In this document: in pieces, positions 42,264 to 49,973 of the stretch
Numbering within the stretch: the first letter of the stretch is position 1
Layout of the letters: every line of letters starts with the position of its first letter
Origin: an uncultured Candidatus Nitrosoarchaeum sp.
Lineage (GTDB): Archaea; Thermoproteota; Nitrososphaeria; Nitrososphaerales; Nitrosopumilaceae
Length of the DNA: 64,000 bases
Direction: 5' to 3'
Assembly (NCBI GenBank): GCA_938049695.1
Contig: CALKVM010000002.1
Span: 3,516 to 67,515, forward strand
Translations under genes and position numbers: made by a program
Notes under the pieces: generated by a model
What the model was told of the DNA's origin: nothing
What the model saw: only the letters and a program-made list of their open reading frames with translations
Databases searched by the model: none

Positions 42264-42896
42264 ATGTCATTTGGACAAAATGCAGTTGCAACAAAAATCG
42301 AACTTCTAAAATATAAAAAATCTAGTCAAGTTGCAATAATGGTTCAGAAAATTTTAGATGATAAACGTAAAGTTCTTTTAAAAAATATTGAAGAAATGAT
42401 TGATGAAGCCTCTAAAGCAAGAGGCGGAATTTGGGATCCATTACAAGATATTTACAAATCAGTTAATGAGGCATATCTTGCATTGGGAACTAACACGGTT
42501 GATTCTGTTGCTGAATCTACACCACCTGTAATGCAAGTTGATGTCCATGTACGAAGAGTTGTAGATGTTAAAATTCCAACACTTACAGTTACTGAAAAAG
42601 ATACAAAATCAATGCCTTATGGTTTTGCTGATACCAACTCATCAATAGATAGAGCAGCAAAACAGATCAAAGAATTACTTCCAAAAATCTGTAAAGCAGC
42701 AGAATATGAAAATTCAATTTTTAGCCTTGCAAAAGCACTTGAAAAAACACAAAAATTACTTAATGCACTAGAAAATGTCATTATCCCACAATATCAACAA
42801 AAAATACGATTTATTCTTGCAACTCTTGAAGAAAGGGAAAGAGAAGAATTCGCAAAGTTAAAAAAAGTGAAAGCTAAGATGGTAAGTAGGAAATAA
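42264..42896 (+). CDS. atpD: A-type ATP synthase subunit D
   Basis: NALE.VIIP and LEEREREEF..LK motifs. Confidence 0.95.
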   Translation: MSFGQNAVATKIELLKYKKSSQVAIMVQKILDDKRKVLLKNIEEMIDEASKARGGIWDPLQDIYKSVNEAYLALGTNTVDSVAESTPPVMQVDVHVRRVVDVKIPTLTVTEKDTKSMPYGFADTNSSIDRAAKQIKELLPKICKAAEYENSIFSLAKALEKTQKLLNALENVIIPQYQQKIRFILATLEEREREEFAKLKKVKAKMVSRK

Positions 42897-43027
42897 TGGC
42901 AAAAGAAGAAATTAAAAAACTAGTTGAAAGCTCCAAGAAGGTATTAGAACAGGATCATGAAAATTCCGCTAAATCAATTAAAAATGATTTGGCATCATTC
43001 AAAAAGAAAACACTAGATCGAATTTAA
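42896..43027 (+). CDS. 43-aa charged helical protein in the ATP synthase operon (possible minimal subunit H/G)
   Basis: TAATG overlap with the atpD stop; MAKEEIKKLVESSKKVLEQDHENSAKSIKNDLASFKKKTLDRI*. Confidence 0.7.
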   Translation: MAKEEIKKLVESSKKVLEQDHENSAKSIKNDLASFKKKTLDRI

Positions 43028-43079
43028 CATTAAAACATCATCATGATTTAAATATGGAACTAGAAAAGTTGGTACATTA

Positions 43080-43388
43080 ATGAAACCTATCATATTGCTA
43101 CTTTTGGCAACAATTGCAATATCTGCAACTGGATTGACTGGTGTTGCCTATGCTCAGGAAGAATCAGCAGCAGGTAGTGCAGATTCTATGAAACTTCTAG
43201 GTGCAGGTTTAGCCTTTGGTTTGGCCGCAGCTGGAGCAGGTATAGGTTTGGGTCAAGTTGGTGCAGCAGGTCTTGCAGTAATTAGTGAAAACCCAGCATT
43301 GCAGTCAAAAGTATTCATTTTCGTAGGTATGGTTGAATCAATCGCTATCTACGGTATAGTCATGATGTTTATCATCCTTGGACAATAA
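43080..43388 (+). CDS. atpK: A-type ATP synthase proteolipid subunit K (c), with an N-terminal signal-like extension
   Basis: GAGIGLG helix, ISENP loop and ion-binding ESIAIYG. Confidence 0.95.
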   Translation: MKPIILLLLATIAISATGLTGVAYAQEESAAGSADSMKLLGAGLAFGLAAAGAGIGLGQVGAAGLAVISENPALQSKVFIFVGMVESIAIYGIVMMFIILGQ

Positions 43389-43421
43389 ACACAAAAGCAT
43401 TATCTTTTTCAAATTTTTAAT

Positions 43422-43904
43422 TTAATTATATTTTAGTTTGTTAACATCTAATACTCTTGCACAATATCTACATTTGAGTACTCTTCCCTGTTTGTCAATT
43501 ACATCCATTACTGATTCAATATGCTCGGTGCTGTTAGTAATGCAATCTGGATTTGAACAACGGAAAATTCTGTCTATTTCATTTGGAAGTGAAACTCTTC
43601 TCTTTTCAATTAGTTTGTAATCTTTGATGATGTTGATAGTTGCCTTTGGAGCAATTACTGCTAGCTTGTTTGTATCATCATCTTTTAGAAATTTATTTTC
43701 AACTTTGATGATATCTTTTTTCTTGAATTTTCCACTAGGTACGTTAAGAGCAATAGTTATGAGACTACCATCCTTTCCATCAATCCTTAAAGCATTTAGA
43801 ACCTGAAGGCCTTTTCCCTCGTCAATATGGTCCAACACAGTACCTTCTTTAATTCGTCGAACCATGAGTTCGGACTCTTGCATCAGAATACTTTGTATAG
43901 TCAC
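43422..43904 (-). CDS. pyrI: Aspartate carbamoyltransferase regulatory chain
   Basis: GTVLDHI, KKDIIK, CSNPDCIT and C.YC Zn ligands. Confidence 0.96.
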   Translation of the reverse strand: MTIQSILMQESELMVRRIKEGTVLDHIDEGKGLQVLNALRIDGKDGSLITIALNVPSGKFKKKDIIKVENKFLKDDDTNKLAVIAPKATINIIKDYKLIEKRRVSLPNEIDRIFRCSNPDCITNSTEHIESVMDVIDKQGRVLKCRYCARVLDVNKLKYN

Positions 43905-43924
43905 CCGTATATATCATTGAAAGA

Positions 43925-44854
43925 TTGAACGAGTTCTATCAAAAAGACATAATTTCTATCAAGGACTTTGACAAGGCTCAACTTGAGCAAATCTTTGTAT
44001 CTACTGATAAAATAATGAAACTTGATCCCATAGAAAGAAGGGAAATTTGTAAAGGAAACACATTGGGTTATCTGTTTTATGAACCAAGTACTAGAACTCG
44101 TCTTAGTTTTGATGCTGCCATGGCATCAATTGGTGGTAATTCTTTGGGAATTTCCAACATCTCATCATCATCTGCACAAAAAGGTGAAAGTCTTGCAGAT
44201 ACTGTAAGAATAATGTCGATTTATTCTGATGTACTTGTATTACGACATCCTCTTGACGGTTCAAGTAGATTTGCATCTGAAGTTTCTTCAAAACCAGTTA
44301 TCAATGCTGGAAGTGGAACAGAAGAGCATCCAACACAAGCTATACAAGATTTGTTTACAATAAGAAAAGAAAAGAAAAAAATCGATGGTCTCAAAATAGG
44401 AATTATTGGTGATCTAAAATATGGACGAACAGTTTATTCTCTTTTATATGGCCTTGGAAATTACGATGTTGATGTTCATTTAATCTCTCCTGAATCATTA
44501 AGAATTAGATCTGATTCTGTTTATGAAATAAAAAAGAGATTGTCTTTTACCGAATCCACTAACATTGAAGAATACATTGATGATCTCGATGTTCTTTATG
44601 TAACACGAATCCAAAAAGAAAGATTTCCTGACGAAGAAGAATATCTCAAAGTAAAAGGAAGTTATGTTGTGGGGTTGGATTTATTGCAAAAGATGAAAGA
44701 TGATTCTATTATCTTACATCCATTACCTAGACTAGATGAAATTTCAACTGATGTTGATAATACAAAACATGCAAAATATTTTGAGCAAGCTGAATATGGA
44801 AAGCATACACGAGCTGCGTTATTGGGATTAATACTCAATGAAAATGGATTCTAA
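43925..44854 (+). CDS. pyrB: Aspartate carbamoyltransferase catalytic chain
   Basis: FYEPSTRTR.SF, HPTQ, RIQKERF and HPLPR motifs. Confidence 0.97.
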   Translation: MNEFYQKDIISIKDFDKAQLEQIFVSTDKIMKLDPIERREICKGNTLGYLFYEPSTRTRLSFDAAMASIGGNSLGISNISSSSAQKGESLADTVRIMSIYSDVLVLRHPLDGSSRFASEVSSKPVINAGSGTEEHPTQAIQDLFTIRKEKKKIDGLKIGIIGDLKYGRTVYSLLYGLGNYDVDVHLISPESLRIRSDSVYEIKKRLSFTESTNIEEYIDDLDVLYVTRIQKERFPDEEEYLKVKGSYVVGLDLLQKMKDDSIILHPLPRLDEISTDVDNTKHAKYFEQAEYGKHTRAALLGLILNENGF

Positions 44855-44928
44855 ATCGTAAGATCTGTTTTATAATTAAAATTGATTGCGTATTCCATAT
44901 ATCTGGAGACATATCAAATAACAACAGT

Positions 44929-45639
44929 TTGACACAAACAAAAATTCTACCTATCTTTCCTTTGGATTTAGTATTGTTTCCTAGACAAGAACTACCACTC
45001 AGAATTTTTGAACCCAGATACAAGCAACTAGTTGATGATTGCATGCTAGGTGATGGTCAATTCGGTGTATGTCTGATTGATGCAAATAACTCAATTAGTG
45101 GTTGGACTGCACCAAAATCAATAGGTACAATTGCAAAGATAACCAAATGCAAAGATGTTGAATTAGATGGAATGCAGTTACATATTGAGACTGTTGGTCG
45201 CAACAAATTCAAAATCAATAAAATAATCCCACCATCATTGGCGCAGCCTTCTAATTATGATCCATACACCGTAGAAGGCCATCAGAGTATTTCAGAATTA
45301 CATGAAAAATTAGGAACTGAAGAAAAAATGTACATTCGTGCTGAAGTTGAACTAATTCCTGAAATTGATGATAATGTACCATTAGACAAATGGGAAAAAT
45401 TAGTGGAGATGTGGAAAAATAAAATTGTCAGGCAAGCATTGCCACAAATTGTTGAATCACATGCATTAGATCAGGTTTTAGAAAAATATTATCTTACTAC
45501 AGACATGCCTACAATTGATTATATCTATTCTTTATCTGCACTTGGAGCAAAAGATCCAAATGAATTACAACCAATACTTGAAGCTAACACCATGGATGAT
45601 TTGATTCAAAAAGTTCAAGAATTGCTGAAAGTAAAATAA
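44929..45639 (+). CDS. Stand-alone Lon N-terminal substrate-binding domain protein
   Basis: LPIFPL..VLFP...LPLRIFEPRY motif. Confidence 0.88.
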   Translation: MTQTKILPIFPLDLVLFPRQELPLRIFEPRYKQLVDDCMLGDGQFGVCLIDANNSISGWTAPKSIGTIAKITKCKDVELDGMQLHIETVGRNKFKINKIIPPSLAQPSNYDPYTVEGHQSISELHEKLGTEEKMYIRAEVELIPEIDDNVPLDKWEKLVEMWKNKIVRQALPQIVESHALDQVLEKYYLTTDMPTIDYIYSLSALGAKDPNELQPILEANTMDDLIQKVQELLKVK

Positions 45640-45646
45640 CCTCAAC

Positions 45647-47041
45647 ATGTCTAGAACTATATTGTCATTATCAAAATTTGTAATATTTACAATAACTGTA
45701 ATAGCGATATCTTTACTATTTCCAGTATCTAACGTTTATGGACATGGATTTGGAATTGATACTATTCGTTCAGTCGATGTACAAGGAAAGAAAATTTCGA
45801 TTTCAGTTGAGCTTCCAATGGTTTTTGAGCAAACAAACGAAAAACAAATTACAGTTACAGCAACTGAAGATGAGACAAAAGAAAATGCAAAAAACGTTAC
45901 ATTTCTAATTGGTTTATTTCATGAAAACAAAATGATGTTTAGAAACTATTTTTTTGCATCTGATGGAGTTCTTCTAATCAAAATAAATTCTACACAAGAA
46001 GGTGAGATTACAATTCATGGAGAACAGGATTCTTTGTTAGGTGCATGGCATGGAACCGAATCTAATCCCATAATGATTTCTGGTCCTATTTTCAATTCGG
46101 GTGGATTGTACAATTTTGAAATCGAGGTAAGAACAATTGATGAACCAACAAATATAATTGAAAATTCTGGCATTTACAATGCAGATCTGAGTATTGTAGA
46201 TAGCACAGAATTTTTACAAAAAGATGCCGAAAATCAGGATGTAGAGTTTAAAATAAAATCATACTTTGATAATATCTCCAATTTTGAGTATGATCCTATT
46301 ACCAAACAAGTAACATTTGAGATGCCTTTTGATTGGGGTGAAAAACAAATGTCTCACATTCCATTTGTGCATGAAGAAGTACATTTTCCTAAGAATTTTG
46401 CTGAATTTATGTCTCCAAGTTATACAGGTAAAGCAAATGGAATTGACTTGTTTAAAGCATCAGTTACAATCGACGATTATACTGTAGATGATGAAAGAAT
46501 AGTTCATTTTGTTTTATTACAGGATCATCTTAGATTCATAAAGAACAAACTACAAAAATCCGGAGAACCATTACCTGATAAAATTACTTTTGTTCTTTCT
46601 AGATCTGAAAATATAGGATTTCCATTAACTTCATTTACAAAAAGTGAAGACTTTCAAGTGAATCTCTCATGGGATCCAATAGAAATTGCACCTGGACAAA
46701 ATACAAATTTTATCTTTACAATCAGAGATGGTAAAACTGGAGAACCATTACGTAATTCAGATTATACTTTTGTAATCATACAAAATGGCAAGGAAATTCA
46801 TAGAGCAACTGGAACTGCGCAAGTTGGTGGAGAATTTGAACGATATGAATTTGGTGAGGATCAAACAGGTCCTACAATTATTAGATTTGAAAATATTAGA
46901 AACACAGGTCAAGAAACTGATTTTGGAATAGTTGTTGCTCCTGAATTTGGAACTATTGCAATTATGATTCTATTTTCCACATTATTGGTAGTAGTTTTGG
47001 CATCAAGAAATCGCTTTTCAAAAAATCTAATTTCTAATTAA
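45647..47041 (+). CDS. PEFG-CTERM surface protein
   Basis: Signal peptide ending VYG|HG; C-terminal PEFG, TM helix and basic tail. Confidence 0.85.
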   Translation: MSRTILSLSKFVIFTITVIAISLLFPVSNVYGHGFGIDTIRSVDVQGKKISISVELPMVFEQTNEKQITVTATEDETKENAKNVTFLIGLFHENKMMFRNYFFASDGVLLIKINSTQEGEITIHGEQDSLLGAWHGTESNPIMISGPIFNSGGLYNFEIEVRTIDEPTNIIENSGIYNADLSIVDSTEFLQKDAENQDVEFKIKSYFDNISNFEYDPITKQVTFEMPFDWGEKQMSHIPFVHEEVHFPKNFAEFMSPSYTGKANGIDLFKASVTIDDYTVDDERIVHFVLLQDHLRFIKNKLQKSGEPLPDKITFVLSRSENIGFPLTSFTKSEDFQVNLSWDPIEIAPGQNTNFIFTIRDGKTGEPLRNSDYTFVIIQNGKEIHRATGTAQVGGEFERYEFGEDQTGPTIIRFENIRNTGQETDFGIVVAPEFGTIAIMILFSTLLVVVLASRNRFSKNLISN

Positions 47042-47043
47042 TT

Positions 47044-47427
47044 TTATAATGTTACTAATTTTACAGTATCCATATTTTTGTTTACTTGGAAATCTTTTGT
47101 AATAGTTGATACTCTTTCTGCATCACCATCAATTACAAATAATTCCATACATTTCTCTCCCTCAATTTTACTATGTAGATGTGTTGTAATCAAATCTTCA
47201 AAATTATGTTTTATTCCAGATACAACATGATCAAACTCATCATTATGAACAACTAAAAGAATAGCGTGAATATTTCCTGTTAATTCCAATTTTTGTTTTT
47301 CTTCTGAAACAAAAATTCTGATTCCTGCCCTTATTGCTTCAGACCTACCTGAAAAGCCCATAGTTTTTTGTAATTTATCTAATTCTGATAAAATCTCTTG
47401 ATTCAATGAAATTGAAACTATAGGCAT
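47044..47427 (-). CDS. NikR-family ribbon-helix-helix metal-responsive regulator
   Basis: IVSISL beta-ribbon, SRSE-like GRSEAIR, and H...HLH.....C metal ligands. Confidence 0.9.
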   Translation of the reverse strand: MPIVSISLNQEILSELDKLQKTMGFSGRSEAIRAGIRIFVSEEKQKLELTGNIHAILLVVHNDEFDHVVSGIKHNFEDLITTHLHSKIEGEKCMELFVIDGDAERVSTITKDFQVNKNMDTVKLVTL

Positions 47428-47431
47428 AAAT

Positions 47432-47503
47432 GATAATTGTTATTAATTATCTTATAAGTTTAGCATTAAAGTTATTAACATTTTATAAAGTTATTAATAA
47501 CTT
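47432..47503. promoter_or_regulatory. Candidate operator array for the NikR-like regulator in the divergent promoter
   Basis: Perfect 16-bp palindrome AAGTTATTAATAACTT at 47488-47503; TAAAGTTATTAA direct repeat at 47467 and 47486; a third GTTATTAA at 47439. Confidence 0.6.
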
Positions 47504-47518
47504 ATATCAAAATCGTGT

Positions 47519-48433
47519 GTGAATAGCCAAGTAAAACTAGCAATAATTGCAATTTCGATTACAATTCCTTTGATCTCATTTGCTGTTTTTTCAAGTGATT
47601 CAAACCAATTCAAGAAAACAAATGAATCCAAACTACAGGTTATGTCATCATTTTATCCGTTACATGAATTTTCACAAAATGTTGGTAAAGAAAAAGTTGA
47701 TGTAAAATTGTTAGTTCCAGTTGGAGTTGAACCTCATGATTGGGAACCAACAATAAAAGATGTACAACAAATGCAAAAATCTGATCTTATCATAATTAAT
47801 GGAATTGGATTTGAAAGTTGGGTTGATAAATTACATGAAATGAATTACCAAGGAGTGATAGTTGATACCAGTAATGGGATTATAAAAAATATTGAGGAAG
47901 AATCTATACATGATGAATATTCTGATGAATCTGGAGATCCCCATATTTGGTTAAATCCAGTTTTTGCAAAAATTCAAGTTCAAAATATTGCAAATGCATT
48001 TTCTAACTCAGATCCTGAGAATCGACAATATTTTCAAGAAAATGCTGCAAATTACATTGATGAATTAGATTTGCTAGATTCAAAAATTCGTAATGAATTA
48101 TTTGGGTGTAATCATGATTTTATTGCATTTCATGATTCCTTTTCATATTTTGCAGATGAATATGATCTCACACAATATACTATAATTTCTTCATATGCAC
48201 CACATACAGAACCCACTGCCAAGACTTTAGAAAATGTAATTAATAAAGCCAAACAGCTTGATGTTAAAGTTATTTTTACTGAAGAAACAGCTGATCCTAA
48301 AACTTCTCAAGTAATTGCAAACGAAATTGGAGGAAAAATACTAGTTTTATCTTCGTTAGAAATCGGTAATGATGGAACTTATATTTCTAGAATGACTGAG
48401 AATCTAAATCATCTGAAGGAGGCATTATGTTGA
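47519..48433 (+). CDS. znuA: Zn/Mn-type metal ABC transporter substrate-binding protein
   Basis: EPHDWEP, DPHIWL and FHDSF.YF motifs (cluster A-I). Confidence 0.88.
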   Translation: MNSQVKLAIIAISITIPLISFAVFSSDSNQFKKTNESKLQVMSSFYPLHEFSQNVGKEKVDVKLLVPVGVEPHDWEPTIKDVQQMQKSDLIIINGIGFESWVDKLHEMNYQGVIVDTSNGIIKNIEEESIHDEYSDESGDPHIWLNPVFAKIQVQNIANAFSNSDPENRQYFQENAANYIDELDLLDSKIRNELFGCNHDFIAFHDSFSYFADEYDLTQYTIISSYAPHTEPTAKTLENVINKAKQLDVKVIFTEETADPKTSQVIANEIGGKILVLSSLEIGNDGTYISRMTENLNHLKEALC

Positions 48434-49149
48434 AGATAGTAGAAATTGATCATCTTACAATACAATATCCTGATGTAAAAGCTATAGATGATGTTAGTTT
48501 TACGGTTAACCAAGGTGATTTTTTAGGCATAATTGGTCCTAATGGAGCAGGAAAATCCACACTTTTCGCTTCAATGCTTAGTCTTAATACAAAATACAAA
48601 GGCACAATCAAATTTTTTGGTACTGATATTAGAAAATCAAGAAACTATCTTAAAGAGATTGGTTATGTACCACAGAAACCAATCTTTGAGAAAAACTTTC
48701 CTGCAACAGTTAATGACGTTGTTAAAATGGGATTACAAAAAGAATCCGATGAAAGTAAAATTGATGAAATTCTGCAACAACTTTGGATACATGAGCTGAG
48801 TAAAAAAAGAATAGGTGAACTATCTGGTGGACAACAACAACGTGTATTTATTGCAAAAGCCTTAGTTAACAATCCTAAAGTTTTGATTTTAGATGAACCT
48901 GTTACAGGTATCGATCAACAAAGCATCGATCTTTTTTATAGTATTTTAAAAGAACTAAACTCCAAACAAAACATTACAATAATTTGGTCTTCCCATGATC
49001 TGGATGCAGTAAATAAATTAGCAAATCATGTAGCTTGTCTTAACCGAACTCTTTTCTTTCATGGAGAATCTGATGATTTCTTTAGCAATGATGATCTTGT
49101 AAAACAATATTCTGAAGCTTCTATGCAGGAACACATGCATCATCATTAG
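48427..49149 (+). CDS. znuC: Metal ABC transporter ATPase
   Basis: GPNGAGKST, GYVPQ, LSGGQQQR and SHD motifs; His-rich tail. Confidence 0.9.
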   Translation: MLKIVEIDHLTIQYPDVKAIDDVSFTVNQGDFLGIIGPNGAGKSTLFASMLSLNTKYKGTIKFFGTDIRKSRNYLKEIGYVPQKPIFEKNFPATVNDVVKMGLQKESDESKIDEILQQLWIHELSKKRIGELSGGQQQRVFIAKALVNNPKVLILDEPVTGIDQQSIDLFYSILKELNSKQNITIIWSSHDLDAVNKLANHVACLNRTLFFHGESDDFFSNDDLVKQYSEASMQEHMHHH

Positions 49150-49151
49150 AA

Positions 49152-49973
49152 ATGACTTTTGAAATTTTTACTTTTAGTTTTATGCACAGAGCAATTATTT
49201 CAGGCATTGCAATTGCAATTTTATGTTCAGTAGTTGGTCTTTTCTTAGTTTTAAGACGTTATTCATTATTTGGCGACGCTATTGCTCACTCATCATTTGG
49301 TGGAATTGCATTAGGTTTGATGGTAGGAATTTATCCACTTTGGACTGCCTATGGTGTTTCAATAGTCAGTGCACTAATTATGACACGAATTAAAGATAGA
49401 TTCAACATATCTGGAGATGCCTCAATAGCAGTTCTTTTATCATCAGGAATTGCTGTAGGTCTCGTAATTATTGGATTATCTGGAGGATTTACTCTTGATA
49501 TTTTCAGCTTTCTTTTTGGAAGTATCTTGCTTGTTAGTGTTAATGATACAATTCTAATTTTATCATTGACAGGAATTATTCTGATTGTAATTCTTTTACT
49601 CTATCGCCAACTTCTTTACTCTACATTCAACGAAGAACAGGCAAAAGTCAGTGGTGTACCAGTTGAAAAAATCAATTATCTTATTGTCTTTATGGCTGGA
49701 ATTACTGTTGTAACTTCGATACAACTAGTTGGTGTTTTACTAATTTCTGCACTCTTTGTAATTCCAAATGTAACTGCAATAATGTATGGAAGGGGCTTCA
49801 AACAAACTGCAATAATTTCAATGAGTTTTTCTATATTTTCTGTGGTTGCTGGAATATTCATCTCATATATTTTTGATATAACCCCAGCAGGAACAATTGT
49901 ATTATTTGCAATTGGAATATTTGCATGTACAATGGGAATAAAGTCTGCTGGACTATTATCCAGACATAATTAA
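49152..49973 (+). CDS. znuB: Metal ABC transporter permease
   Basis: GDAIAH, FLFGSIL and VG.LLISAL motifs (ABC-3). Confidence 0.9.
   Translation: MTFEIFTFSFMHRAIISGIAIAILCSVVGLFLVLRRYSLFGDAIAHSSFGGIALGLMVGIYPLWTAYGVSIVSALIMTRIKDRFNISGDASIAVLLSSGIAVGLVIIGLSGGFTLDIFSFLFGSILLVSVNDTILILSLTGIILIVILLLYRQLLYSTFNEEQAKVSGVPVEKINYLIVFMAGITVVTSIQLVGVLLISALFVIPNVTAIMYGRGFKQTAIISMSFSIFSVVAGIFISYIFDITPAGTIVLFAIGIFACTMGIKSAGLLSRHN

Noticed and set aside
43070..43078. TGGTACATT half-site directly before the atpK ATG
   Set aside because: No second half-site, and it lies downstream of the TATA box at the ribosome-binding position; probably chance
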